Shown here: positions 1-6,307 of the stretch, one piece after another
How positions within the stretch are numbered: the stretch's first letter is position 1
Layout of the letters: the number at the start of each line of letters is the position of its first letter
Notes under the pieces: generated by a model
The model's input: only the letters and a program-made list of their open reading frames with translations
The model's database searches: none
Told to the model about the DNA's origin: nothing
Origin: Erysipelotrichaceae bacterium
GTDB lineage: Bacteria > Bacillota_I > Bacilli_A > Culicoidibacterales > Culicoidibacteraceae
Direction: 5' to 3'
Length of the DNA: 24,000 nucleotides
Assembly (NCBI GenBank): GCA_003864555.1
Contig: BHER01000001.1
Location: 1-24,000 of the forward strand
Program-made: the position numbers and the translations under genes

Positions 1-90
1 GAACAAATGTTCGTTCATTAATCAAAGTCAAAACTTGAGTTGTCAGGACTCCGTATTAAAGGCTCTCCTTTGGGAGATGCCTGTCAGATT

Positions 91-114
91 GACCCACTTT
101 ACGGGTCTTTTTTT
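91..114 (+). terminator. Rho-independent terminator, probably of the gene upstream of the window
   Basis: GACCC (91-95) pairs with GGGTC (103-107) around a 7-nt loop, followed by a T7 run (108-114). A second hairpin precedes it: GGCTCTCC (61-68) with GGAGAtGCC (73-81). Confidence 0.6.
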
Positions 115-149
115 ATGCCCAAAATCTTCCCATTAATCTTTTTCAAATT

Positions 150-164
150 ATGAAAACGCATACA
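150..164. promoter_or_regulatory. Candidate cre (CcpA catabolite-responsive element) upstream of the GH4 gene
   Basis: ATGAAAACGCATACA fits the cre consensus WTGNAANCGNWNNCW at every constrained position. It lies about 10 nt upstream of the -10 element. Confidence 0.55.
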
Positions 165-173
165 GCATATATA

Positions 174-182
174 TGATATACT
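174..182 (+). promoter_or_regulatory. Extended -10 promoter element for the GH4 gene
   Basis: TGaTATACT at 174-182, 48 nt upstream of the ATG at 230. No convincing -35 hexamer. Confidence 0.45.
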
Positions 183-229
183 TTAAATAACAACAACATG
201 AGAATATAAAAAAGAAAGAGGTTTTATAT

Positions 230-1576
230 ATGTCGAAAAAAGGAATTAAAATAGTTACAATTGGTGGTGGATCAAGCTATACACCGGAGTTAGTTGAAGG
301 GTTCATCAAACGTTTTGCAGAATTACCAATAAGTGAATTATGGCTAGTTGACATTGAAGCAGGAAAAGAGAAACTTGAAATTGTTGGGGCAATGGCAAAA
401 AGAATGGTTGCAGCAGCAGGTGTAGATTGCAAGGTGTATTTAACAATAGACCGTGAAGAAGCCTTAAAAGATGCAGATTTTGTAACGACACAATTTCGTG
501 TAGGACGACTGCCTGCAAGAATTTTGGATGAGAAAATCCCTCTAAGTCATGGGATGATTGGACAAGAAACAAATGGTGCTGGTGGTATGTTTAAAGCATT
601 GCGTACAGTTCCTGTTATTTTGGCAATTGTTGAAGATATGAAAAGACTTTGTCCAGATGCGTGGTTAATTAACTTTACTAATCCTGCGGGAATGATTACA
701 CAGGCTGTGTTAACTTACGGAAATTGGAAAAAAGTTATCGGTCTTTGTAATGTACCAATTGGTGCAATGAAAATGGATGCAAAAGCTTTGGGTACTCCTG
801 AAGATCAGCTTCGCTTCCAATTTGCTGGGATTAATCATTTACACTGGCATACAATTAAAGATAATAAAGGAAAAGATAGAACACAGGAAGCAATCAATAA
901 TATGTTTGCAATGGCAGGGACAGAAAGTGGCATTGCGAATTTAAAAGAGCTCCGCTTTTTACCAGAGCAAGTAAAAGATTTAGGGATGATTCCATGTGGC
1001 TATCATCGTTATTACTATATGACTGAGCAAATGCTTGCACTAGAGATTGAAGAAGCGAAAACAGTTGGAACACGTGGTGAAGTTGTACAAAAATTAGAAG
1101 ACTCACTTTTCGAGTTATACAAAGATCCTAATTTAAGCCATAAACCAGAAGAACTCTCAAAACGTGGGGGAACGCATTATAGTGATGCAGCATGTGAAGT
1201 TATCAATTCAATTTATAATAATAAGGGAACAACAATGGTTGTGAGTACAGAAAATAAAGGTTGTATTGATGATGTGCCATATAATAGTGCAGTTGAAGTA
1301 TCTGCTATTATTGATGCAGCAGGAGCACACCCAATTAACTTTGGTTCATTCCCAGCAAGTGAGCGTGGATTACTCCAAGTGATGAAAGCGATGGAAGAAT
1401 TGACGATTGAGGCAGGAGCAACGGGTAACTATGGTAAGGCATTACAAGCATTTACAATGAATCCACTTGTTGTAAGTGGTGATATTGCACAAACATTGCT
1501 GGATGAGATGCTTATTGCTCACGCAGCATACTTACCACAATTTGCTGATAAAATTGCAATGTTAAAAAATAAATAA
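230..1576 (+). CDS. celF: 6-phospho-beta-glucosidase, glycoside hydrolase family 4 (ChbF/CelF/LicH type)
   Basis: 448-aa ORF. The N-terminus KIVTIGGGSSYTPELVEGFIKR and the blocks DADFVTTQFRVG, GQETNGAGG, INFTNPAG and CNVPIG are near-colinear with E. coli ChbF as I recall it. RBS AAGAGG lies 8 nt upstream. Confidence 0.9.
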   Translation: MSKKGIKIVTIGGGSSYTPELVEGFIKRFAELPISELWLVDIEAGKEKLEIVGAMAKRMVAAAGVDCKVYLTIDREEALKDADFVTTQFRVGRLPARILDEKIPLSHGMIGQETNGAGGMFKALRTVPVILAIVEDMKRLCPDAWLINFTNPAGMITQAVLTYGNWKKVIGLCNVPIGAMKMDAKALGTPEDQLRFQFAGINHLHWHTIKDNKGKDRTQEAINNMFAMAGTESGIANLKELRFLPEQVKDLGMIPCGYHRYYYMTEQMLALEIEEAKTVGTRGEVVQKLEDSLFELYKDPNLSHKPEELSKRGGTHYSDAACEVINSIYNNKGTTMVVSTENKGCIDDVPYNSAVEVSAIIDAAGAHPINFGSFPASERGLLQVMKAMEELTIEAGATGNYGKALQAFTMNPLVVSGDIAQTLLDEMLIAHAAYLPQFADKIAMLKNK

Positions 1577-1596
1577 AATCAACTGAATATATTAGG

Positions 1597-1624
1597 AAAA
1601 AGGGTAGTATTTACTACCTTTTTT
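1597..1624 (+). terminator. Rho-independent terminator after the GH4 gene
   Basis: GGTAGT (1603-1608) pairs with ACTACC (1613-1618) around a 4-nt loop. Flanking A-run/T-run pairing extends the stem, and a T tract runs to 1624. Confidence 0.7.
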
Positions 1625-1695
1625 CTGTGATGGCTACTTTTTTACCTATAATAGTTGATGGGATGTTATAATAGATAGACTGGAGATGAGATAGA

Positions 1696-2220
1696 ATGCA
1701 AAAAACATGGTATTTAGAAAAAAGTTGGGCAACAGATTTTTTTGGCGAGGCAAAGACGGAAGCTGAAATTAAGGAATTGACACTCAAGCGTTATGAAAAG
1801 GCAATGGAGATCATCTTTAGTTCAATGGCAGAAAAAGAGTTGGATTGTTATATAGCACATGTCAAAAATGATTTAAGCTTTATATCTTTGGGGCGTTTAC
1901 GTAAAACACTAAGAGAGGCAGGAACTGGATTTGCAAAGCATTATCCGGGAGTTCAGATTTTTGCGGGTGCAATCGAAGAAGAGTACTCTGCGATATTTAC
2001 TGATATGGGAGAACAAGGGCTTTTTATCACCGCAACAAATCCTCTCAACGATGAGCAAATTCGTTTAGAGGGGGATGTGCAGTTACAATTGAATGCACGC
2101 GATTTTCTCAACCGAAATAATATCGAGTATTGCTCACATGAGAACTATCTTCGGACCCTTAATATTTATTGTGCATTAGCAGATATTATTACATATAAAA
2201 CAGGAGGAAATAAAGAATGA
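1696..2220 (+). CDS. Hypothetical protein (174 aa), no recognisable motif
   Basis: Long ORF with background composition. TGtTATAAT extended -10 at 1664-1672. Its stop overlaps the next start (ATGA at 2217-2220). Confidence 0.55.
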   Translation: MQKTWYLEKSWATDFFGEAKTEAEIKELTLKRYEKAMEIIFSSMAEKELDCYIAHVKNDLSFISLGRLRKTLREAGTGFAKHYPGVQIFAGAIEEEYSAIFTDMGEQGLFITATNPLNDEQIRLEGDVQLQLNARDFLNRNNIEYCSHENYLRTLNIYCALADIITYKTGGNKE

Positions 2221-2408
2221 TGAAATCACAAACAAATTTAGCTATTGGAGATCATGTGGAAATTGTCTTAAAAGCAGACCAGAAAACAGATAAAAGAACA
2301 CGTGGACATGTTAAAAAAATCTTGACACGGAATCTAACACATCCCCATGGACGGAAAGTTATGCTTGTTGAGGGAAATGCTGTTGGACGTGTAAAAATAA
2401 TATTATAA
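2217..2408 (+). CDS. YwbE-like small protein (DUF2196 family)
   Basis: 63 aa. The pattern GDHVEIVLKADQKT..RGHVKKILT...HPHGRKVML..GNAVGRV matches the conserved YwbE/DUF2196 pattern as I recall it. Translationally coupled to the upstream ORF. Confidence 0.7.
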   Translation: MMKSQTNLAIGDHVEIVLKADQKTDKRTRGHVKKILTRNLTHPHGRKVMLVEGNAVGRVKIIL

Positions 2409-2659
2409 ATATTGGTAGTTTCCGGCGAGGTGTGTAACCGATTTTAAGACTTCAAATTTTAGCATGTTTGATAGGCGGTGGTATGGACTAATCTAGAGTA
2501 GATTATCAGTAAAATAGAAGAATTTTTTAGAAGTTTTGTGCTGGCACTGACATCTGGGAAAAAAGAGTGGTCCGATGATTGCCATAAGTTGTCGTGAGCG
2601 TTTGTGCTTACCCACACTTCATACTACACGACCATGTGAATTATAATCTCCAACAACTC

Positions 2660-2689
2660 TTGACAACGCTTACATTTCAGTGTTATACT
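2660..2689 (+). promoter_or_regulatory. Strong sigma-A-type promoter
   Basis: TTGACA (2660-2665), 18-nt spacer ending in TGt, TATACT (2684-2689). Confidence 0.6.
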
Positions 2690-2848
2690 GTAAGCAATTA
2701 GGATCGTTACCTTTTTTAAAGGGCGAAACATTAAGAGCTACGTTAGTGGGCACTTAAGGTTTTTTTATGATATCTACTAGAAGTCAAAGAGATCGGATGA
2801 TGATTTTGAAGAACCGGTGTACAAAATGCACGGAATTGGGAGGTTTTT

Positions 2849-4021
2849 ATGAATAATATAAGAAAATCGAGGAATAGAATTTTATCAATTTTCTATATAT
2901 GGTGCTATAATAGCAGGCAGGAAATACGATGCTTTTTCAAAAAAATACGAGAAAATATCACAAAGGCTCTACGCTTTAAGAGTGGTGGAAAATTCGTGAG
3001 CACATTCCTTATCGGTGCAATGCTTGCAGGCTGCGCGGGTACGAATGGGACTAGAGTACAATTTGTCTATATCGCGCCTGGCGGTAATACGGCTTATCAA
3101 ATTGTGGAAAATACGGTTGTAGACGAGCAATTGAATATGATAAAAGCGAAAAAAATTGGAAAGCCGTGGTCGTATATGGGGCATGCTCTGTTTGGTAATA
3201 CTTACTACGATGGTCAGAAAATGTATAGCTCAATTGGACCAAACCTGTATATTTATGATAGTATAACAGCGAAAACAACGATACACAAAGGGTATTCAAG
3301 TTATGCTATGAAAAAAATAAATGGTGATATGTGGATTGCAACGCAAAGTGGTAAAACAACAAGGCTGTGTAAAATTGATGAGAAGCAGACGGTTGAGTGC
3401 CAATACGAGGTGGAAAACCACCAGATTACCGATTTTTATTTTAACTTTGATGAAAATACGCTTTTTGCCACCGGAACTGGAAGCGGTGTGGAAACGGGCG
3501 ATATGATGGATCAATATAAAGTGGTGAAGTATGATTTGATGACGGGCGTGGAAACAATACTCAAACATGGTGGCGAGCATATCTTGGGCGCGCGCCTTGC
3601 GAATATATGCCCCGGTCAGTTTATCACGAGCAACGGAAATATCTACACAACAGATGGTGAAAAGATTGGAGCAATTATTGGGACAAGCGGGCAGCAATTA
3701 AGTGGATTAGTCAATGATCAAATTGCAGGGACTGCAGCCTTCATGGATTATGATAATAATTTATTTGAGGTATATAGTTGCGAAAACAACACCCCCGTGC
3801 TCCAAAGAGTAATTGAACTCTCGCACGAACCCGATACCTTTCCCGAATCCTATTCGCGCGAGAGTGCGGATAACGGAGAAATAAGTATGCGAATTAGATC
3901 GAACGAGGACTTTTCTGAGACAATTGGAATCCAGAGTGTCAATCTACGAAGTGGAAAAGTTGAGGTCTATTATTTTGATGAGCCGGTGACCAATATTCAT
4001 GCCGTAGCGCGATTTTTGTAG
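2849..4021 (+). CDS. Putative lipoprotein of unknown function, start ambiguous (ATG 2849 or GTG 2996)
   Basis: Lipobox FLIGAMLAGC at residues 53-62 of the long ORF. ATG 2849 has RBS GGGAGG 5 nt upstream, but gives an unusual 50-aa basic N-extension in AT-rich sequence. GTG 2996 (VSTFLIGAMLAGC) follows GGTGGA, and a TGcTATAAT element sits at 2903-2911. The body is visibly more G+C/CpG-rich than neighbouring genes. Confidence 0.7.
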   Translation: MNNIRKSRNRILSIFYIWCYNSRQEIRCFFKKIRENITKALRFKSGGKFVSTFLIGAMLAGCAGTNGTRVQFVYIAPGGNTAYQIVENTVVDEQLNMIKAKKIGKPWSYMGHALFGNTYYDGQKMYSSIGPNLYIYDSITAKTTIHKGYSSYAMKKINGDMWIATQSGKTTRLCKIDEKQTVECQYEVENHQITDFYFNFDENTLFATGTGSGVETGDMMDQYKVVKYDLMTGVETILKHGGEHILGARLANICPGQFITSNGNIYTTDGEKIGAIIGTSGQQLSGLVNDQIAGTAAFMDYDNNLFEVYSCENNTPVLQRVIELSHEPDTFPESYSRESADNGEISMRIRSNEDFSETIGIQSVNLRSGKVEVYYFDEPVTNIHAVARFL

Positions 4022-4023
4022 TG

Positions 4024-4413
4024 TGTACTTAAGAATAAGCGCATAAAGAATAGTTCATGCAATCGTAATGGATAAAAAAATCAGAAAGTAATATGTCAAA
4101 TAAGACGAAATGATAGGTATACTCGGTAATTGGTCTGTTTATTTCACTAATTATGATTATAGCGAGAGCGATTGACCTAAACTGGATGCTATGCCAAGGA
4201 CATATGAAAAAAAGCATGGTTAATGTATGCACATAAAAGATGATTACGATATTCTATCGGCATCATCTTTTTTAAATTCCACTGATAGTGGTGGTGATTA
4301 TAATCAGCCATCGTATTTTTAATGTCTTCTAAATGTATACATAACGAAAAAGCAACTTCATCCTCACTATGCCCAAAGAAAGATTCCATTGGTGCATTGT
4401 CCCAACAGTTTCA
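4024..4413 (-). mobile_element. Relic 3' end of an IS3-family (IS150-like) insertion sequence
   Basis: Contains the transposase C-terminal fragment listed next. The plus strand at 4024 reads TGTACT, the same first six bases I recall for the IS150 terminal inverted repeat. The 5' part of the element is absent. The outer boundary is low confidence. Confidence 0.5.
4189..4410 (-). pseudogene. IS3-family transposase (OrfB integrase core) C-terminal fragment
   Basis: The minus-strand translation NCWDNAPMESFFGHSEDEV...YNHHHYQWNLKKMMPIEYRN matches the conserved IS3-family C-terminus (C-x-DNA-x-MESFFG ... Y-N ... P-x-EYR). An in-frame TGA lies immediately upstream (4411-4413), and no upstream catalytic region is present. 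Confidence 0.75.
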
Positions 4414-4440
4414 ACCAGCAGCGTGATTTTTTTAAAAAAA

Positions 4441-4469
4441 TTGAAGATAGAAAGCATCCGTGATATACT
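4441..4469 (+). promoter_or_regulatory. Sigma-A-type promoter upstream of the zinc-ribbon pseudogene
   Basis: TTGAAG (4441-4446), 17-nt spacer ending in TGa, TATACT (4464-4469). Confidence 0.5.
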
Positions 4470-4567
4470 TTCTAGGGAACTCCTTTTGAATGATACTTTT
4501 CATATGTTCAGGAGTGTGTCTCTCTCTGGATAAAAAAGTGCTATTATTCCTCTATAGAAGTGAGGTA

Positions 4568-4786
4568 ATGAGTATTACGAGCGAAAAGGAGGAAGAAAAG
4601 AGGGCCGAATTACAAGATATAACCATTATTTGTCGCGACTGCGGAAGAGCATTTGTGCGGACTGCTGGAGAATAAGCGTTTTATCTTGAAAAAGATTTTA
4701 CAAATCCACCGGTTCGATATAAAGAGTATCGTGATCAACGAAAAGTAGAAAGAAATAATAATCGTGATAACCAAACTAGCTACTAA
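4568..4786 (+). pseudogene. Decayed zinc-ribbon (zf-trcl-like CxxC...CxxC) small protein gene
   Basis: Reads MSITSEKEEEKRAELQDITIICRDCGRAFVRTAGE, then TAA (4673-4675). The same frame continues AFYLEKDFTNPPVRYKEYRDQRKVERNNNRDNQTSY to TAA at 4784-4786. The family pattern as I recall it is C-x-DCG-x-x-F-x-F-T-A-G-E-Q-x-F-Y-x-E-K-G-F-x-N-x-P-x-R-C-x-x-C-R. Here Q is a stop and both distal Cys are Tyr. Confidence 0.65.
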
Positions 4787-4936
4787 AAAAACTGTGGGTT
4801 CGCGATAGAAAACAAGGTATTATCTGCATCGTAAACTATGAAAAAAATTAAGCATGAGGAAGAAGAGTAGCATCCCACTTTTTATGCCATTTAATACGGG
4901 AGTATTTCCGAAATCAAATGTAAAAGGAGAAAAAAT

Positions 4937-5476
4937 ATGACAATAACAAGTGTAATGAAAGAAAGAAGAACAATAAGGACCTTTACTGGTAATATCCCCG
5001 ACAAAGATCTGTTAGCATTACTTGGGAGTGCAAGCTATGCGCCCAATCATAGGATGAGAGAACCATGGTCGTTCATCCTAGTCAATAGTATCGGTGATTG
5101 GGAGAAACTGTACACATTGACTACCAAAAGGCCTCCTTATTTAGCACAATTGGCGAAGCAATTGGAAAATGATGGTACATATCCAACGGGTATTATCGTT
5201 ATTTGCCCAGTAAATGCTGACCCAAAAGTAGCGAGAGAGGATTTGCTAGCAACAGCAGCCTTCATCCAAAATTTCCAGTTAGCTGCGTGGGCAGATAAGT
5301 ATGGTGTCGTTTGGCGAACAACTTGTATTGATGCCGATTTTGAACAAAGTATTGGAATTAAAGCCAATGAAATCGTCGTCGGATTTCTACAAGCAGGAAC
5401 ATTTGTGAACACGGCACAAAGTCTACCATACAGGTCAAATATTGAGGAAAAAATAAAGAGATTATCTGAAGTCTAG
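4937..5476 (+). CDS. Nitroreductase family protein
   Basis: 179 aa. N-terminal ERRTIRTFTG...LL..ASYAPNHRMREPWSFILV is typical of the NADH/FMN nitroreductase fold. RBS AAAGGAG. Confidence 0.8.
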   Translation: MTITSVMKERRTIRTFTGNIPDKDLLALLGSASYAPNHRMREPWSFILVNSIGDWEKLYTLTTKRPPYLAQLAKQLENDGTYPTGIIVICPVNADPKVAREDLLATAAFIQNFQLAAWADKYGVVWRTTCIDADFEQSIGIKANEIVVGFLQAGTFVNTAQSLPYRSNIEEKIKRLSEV

Positions 5477-5585
5477 AGTCTTTTTCGTGTGAAAGAAGAT
5501 TACTTGGTTTTAGATTGTTTAATTATTCTATTTACACTTTTAGCAGCAGAGTTTGACAAGATACTCATAACCATGTTCGCAATCT

Positions 5586-5613
5586 AAACACTACATTTTG
5601 TAGTGTTTTTTTT
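5586..5613 (+). terminator. Rho-independent terminator downstream of the nitroreductase gene
   Basis: AAACACTACA (5586-5595) pairs with TGTAGTGTTT (5599-5608) around a 3-nt loop, and the T run continues to 5613. Confidence 0.75.
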
Positions 5614-5828
5614 GATGAAATAAAATCCTACAAGGGTACAAAATACTTGGGCACATCAAATACTATAATAACTTTCGGCATCAATGGGCTCTATCACAAG
5701 TGGGTCCTGTAGAATGTAGCACTTCCAACACTTTTAGCTTTTTATTTAAGGGCGTACAGTTTAACTGCTATAGAAACTTTTCTATTATCTTAAAACTATT
5801 ATTACCCCTCTAAATAAAAAAAATGCCC

Positions 5829-5842
5829 TGAAAACGCTTGCA
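5829..5842. promoter_or_regulatory. Candidate cre box overlapping the -35 of the yhf-type operon promoter
   Basis: TGAAAACGCTTGCA against cre consensus TGWAANCGNTNWCA has one mismatch, at the W position. It overlaps TTGCAA at 5838-5843. Confidence 0.6.
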
Positions 5843-5866
5843 ATAAAAAAGAAAGTAAGCTACAAT
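5838..5866 (+). promoter_or_regulatory. Sigma-A-type promoter of the nine-gene operon
   Basis: TTGCAA (5838-5843), 17-nt spacer, TACAAT (5861-5866). It sits 54 nt upstream of the ATG at 5920. Confidence 0.6.
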
Positions 5867-5919
5867 AAAACCATCAATATACAAAATAATGAATATTGTA
5901 AAATGAGAGGAAGATTTTT

Positions 5920-6282
5920 ATGTTGAAAATAGTAGTAGGCGGACAAATTGATAAACCAGAAATTGCAGAATTAGTTAGAGTATGTGGGGGCGATGCAATT
6001 GAAGTAAGTGTCCAAAGTGACCTTGATGCAGCAATGTCGCTCCAAGCAGGAAGCGTAGATTACTATATTGGTGCCTGTAATACTGGTGGAGGTGGAGCAC
6101 TTGCAATGGCGATGGCACTTGTTGGTCATGATTTTTGTGCAACATTATCAATGCCCGGAAATATAAAATCAGAAGCAGAAATTCGTGGAGAAATCCAAGC
6201 TGGTAAAAAAGCTTTTGGGTTTACTGCACAAGATAAAGAGCAAATCATTCCAATCGTCATATCAGAGCTATTAAAAAAATAA
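5920..6282 (+). CDS. yhfU: DUF2620-family small soluble protein (YhfU-like)
   Basis: 120 aa. KIVVGGQ N-terminus and a Gly-rich Cys motif YYIGACNTGGGGALAMAMAL (Cys53). It sits directly upstream of a YhfT-like membrane protein and in the same operon as php. RBS GAGAGGAAG. Confidence 0.7.
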   Translation: MLKIVVGGQIDKPEIAELVRVCGGDAIEVSVQSDLDAAMSLQAGSVDYYIGACNTGGGGALAMAMALVGHDFCATLSMPGNIKSEAEIRGEIQAGKKAFGFTAQDKEQIIPIVISELLKK

Positions 6283-6307
6283 GAATACAAAGGAAGAGGA
6301 ATAAAAA

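Noticed and set aside
1-114. Possible riboswitch, RAT antiterminator target or T-box leader controlling the GH4 gene, based on two hairpins plus a terminator
   Set aside because: GAGTTGTCAGGAC does not match the LicT/BglG RAT consensus. I recognise no riboswitch core. The GH4 gene has its own cre and -10 elements downstream of the terminator. The structure is most simply the terminator of the unseen upstream gene.
306-1106. Antisense ORFs 306-572 and 894-1106 inside the GH4 gene
   Set aside because: They lie fully inside and opposite a strongly supported gene. Their products are Leu/His/Gln-rich and low-complexity, and they have no RBS.
3587-3596. 10-bp perfect palindrome GGCGCGCGCC as a regulatory or restriction-related site
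   Set aside because: It is a single occurrence inside a coding region. I used it only as a marker of atypical composition.
2969-3697. ORFs 2969-3184(-), 3051-3299(-), 3296-3697(-) and 3321-3506(+) overlapping the lipoprotein gene
   Set aside because: They are alternative-frame or antisense ORFs favoured by the locally higher G+C. They have no RBS and no recognisable motifs, and they are mutually overlapping.
4029-4232. 67-aa minus-strand ORF downstream of the transposase fragment
   Set aside because: It lies in the non-coding tail of the IS relic. The sequence is hydrophobic and low-complexity with no RBS, so it is most likely spurious.
4490-4567. N-terminal extension of the zinc-ribbon ORF (MILFICSGVCLSLDKK...)
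   Set aside because: The family consists of small proteins. The ATG at 4568 follows GTGAGG, and the extension has no homology-like features.
5875-5898. CAATAT-N12-ATATTG inverted repeat just downstream of the operon promoter as a YhfZ operator
   Set aside because: With only 6-bp AT-only arms it is expected by chance in AT-rich intergenic DNA. It is worth including in a footprinting probe but cannot be called from sequence.
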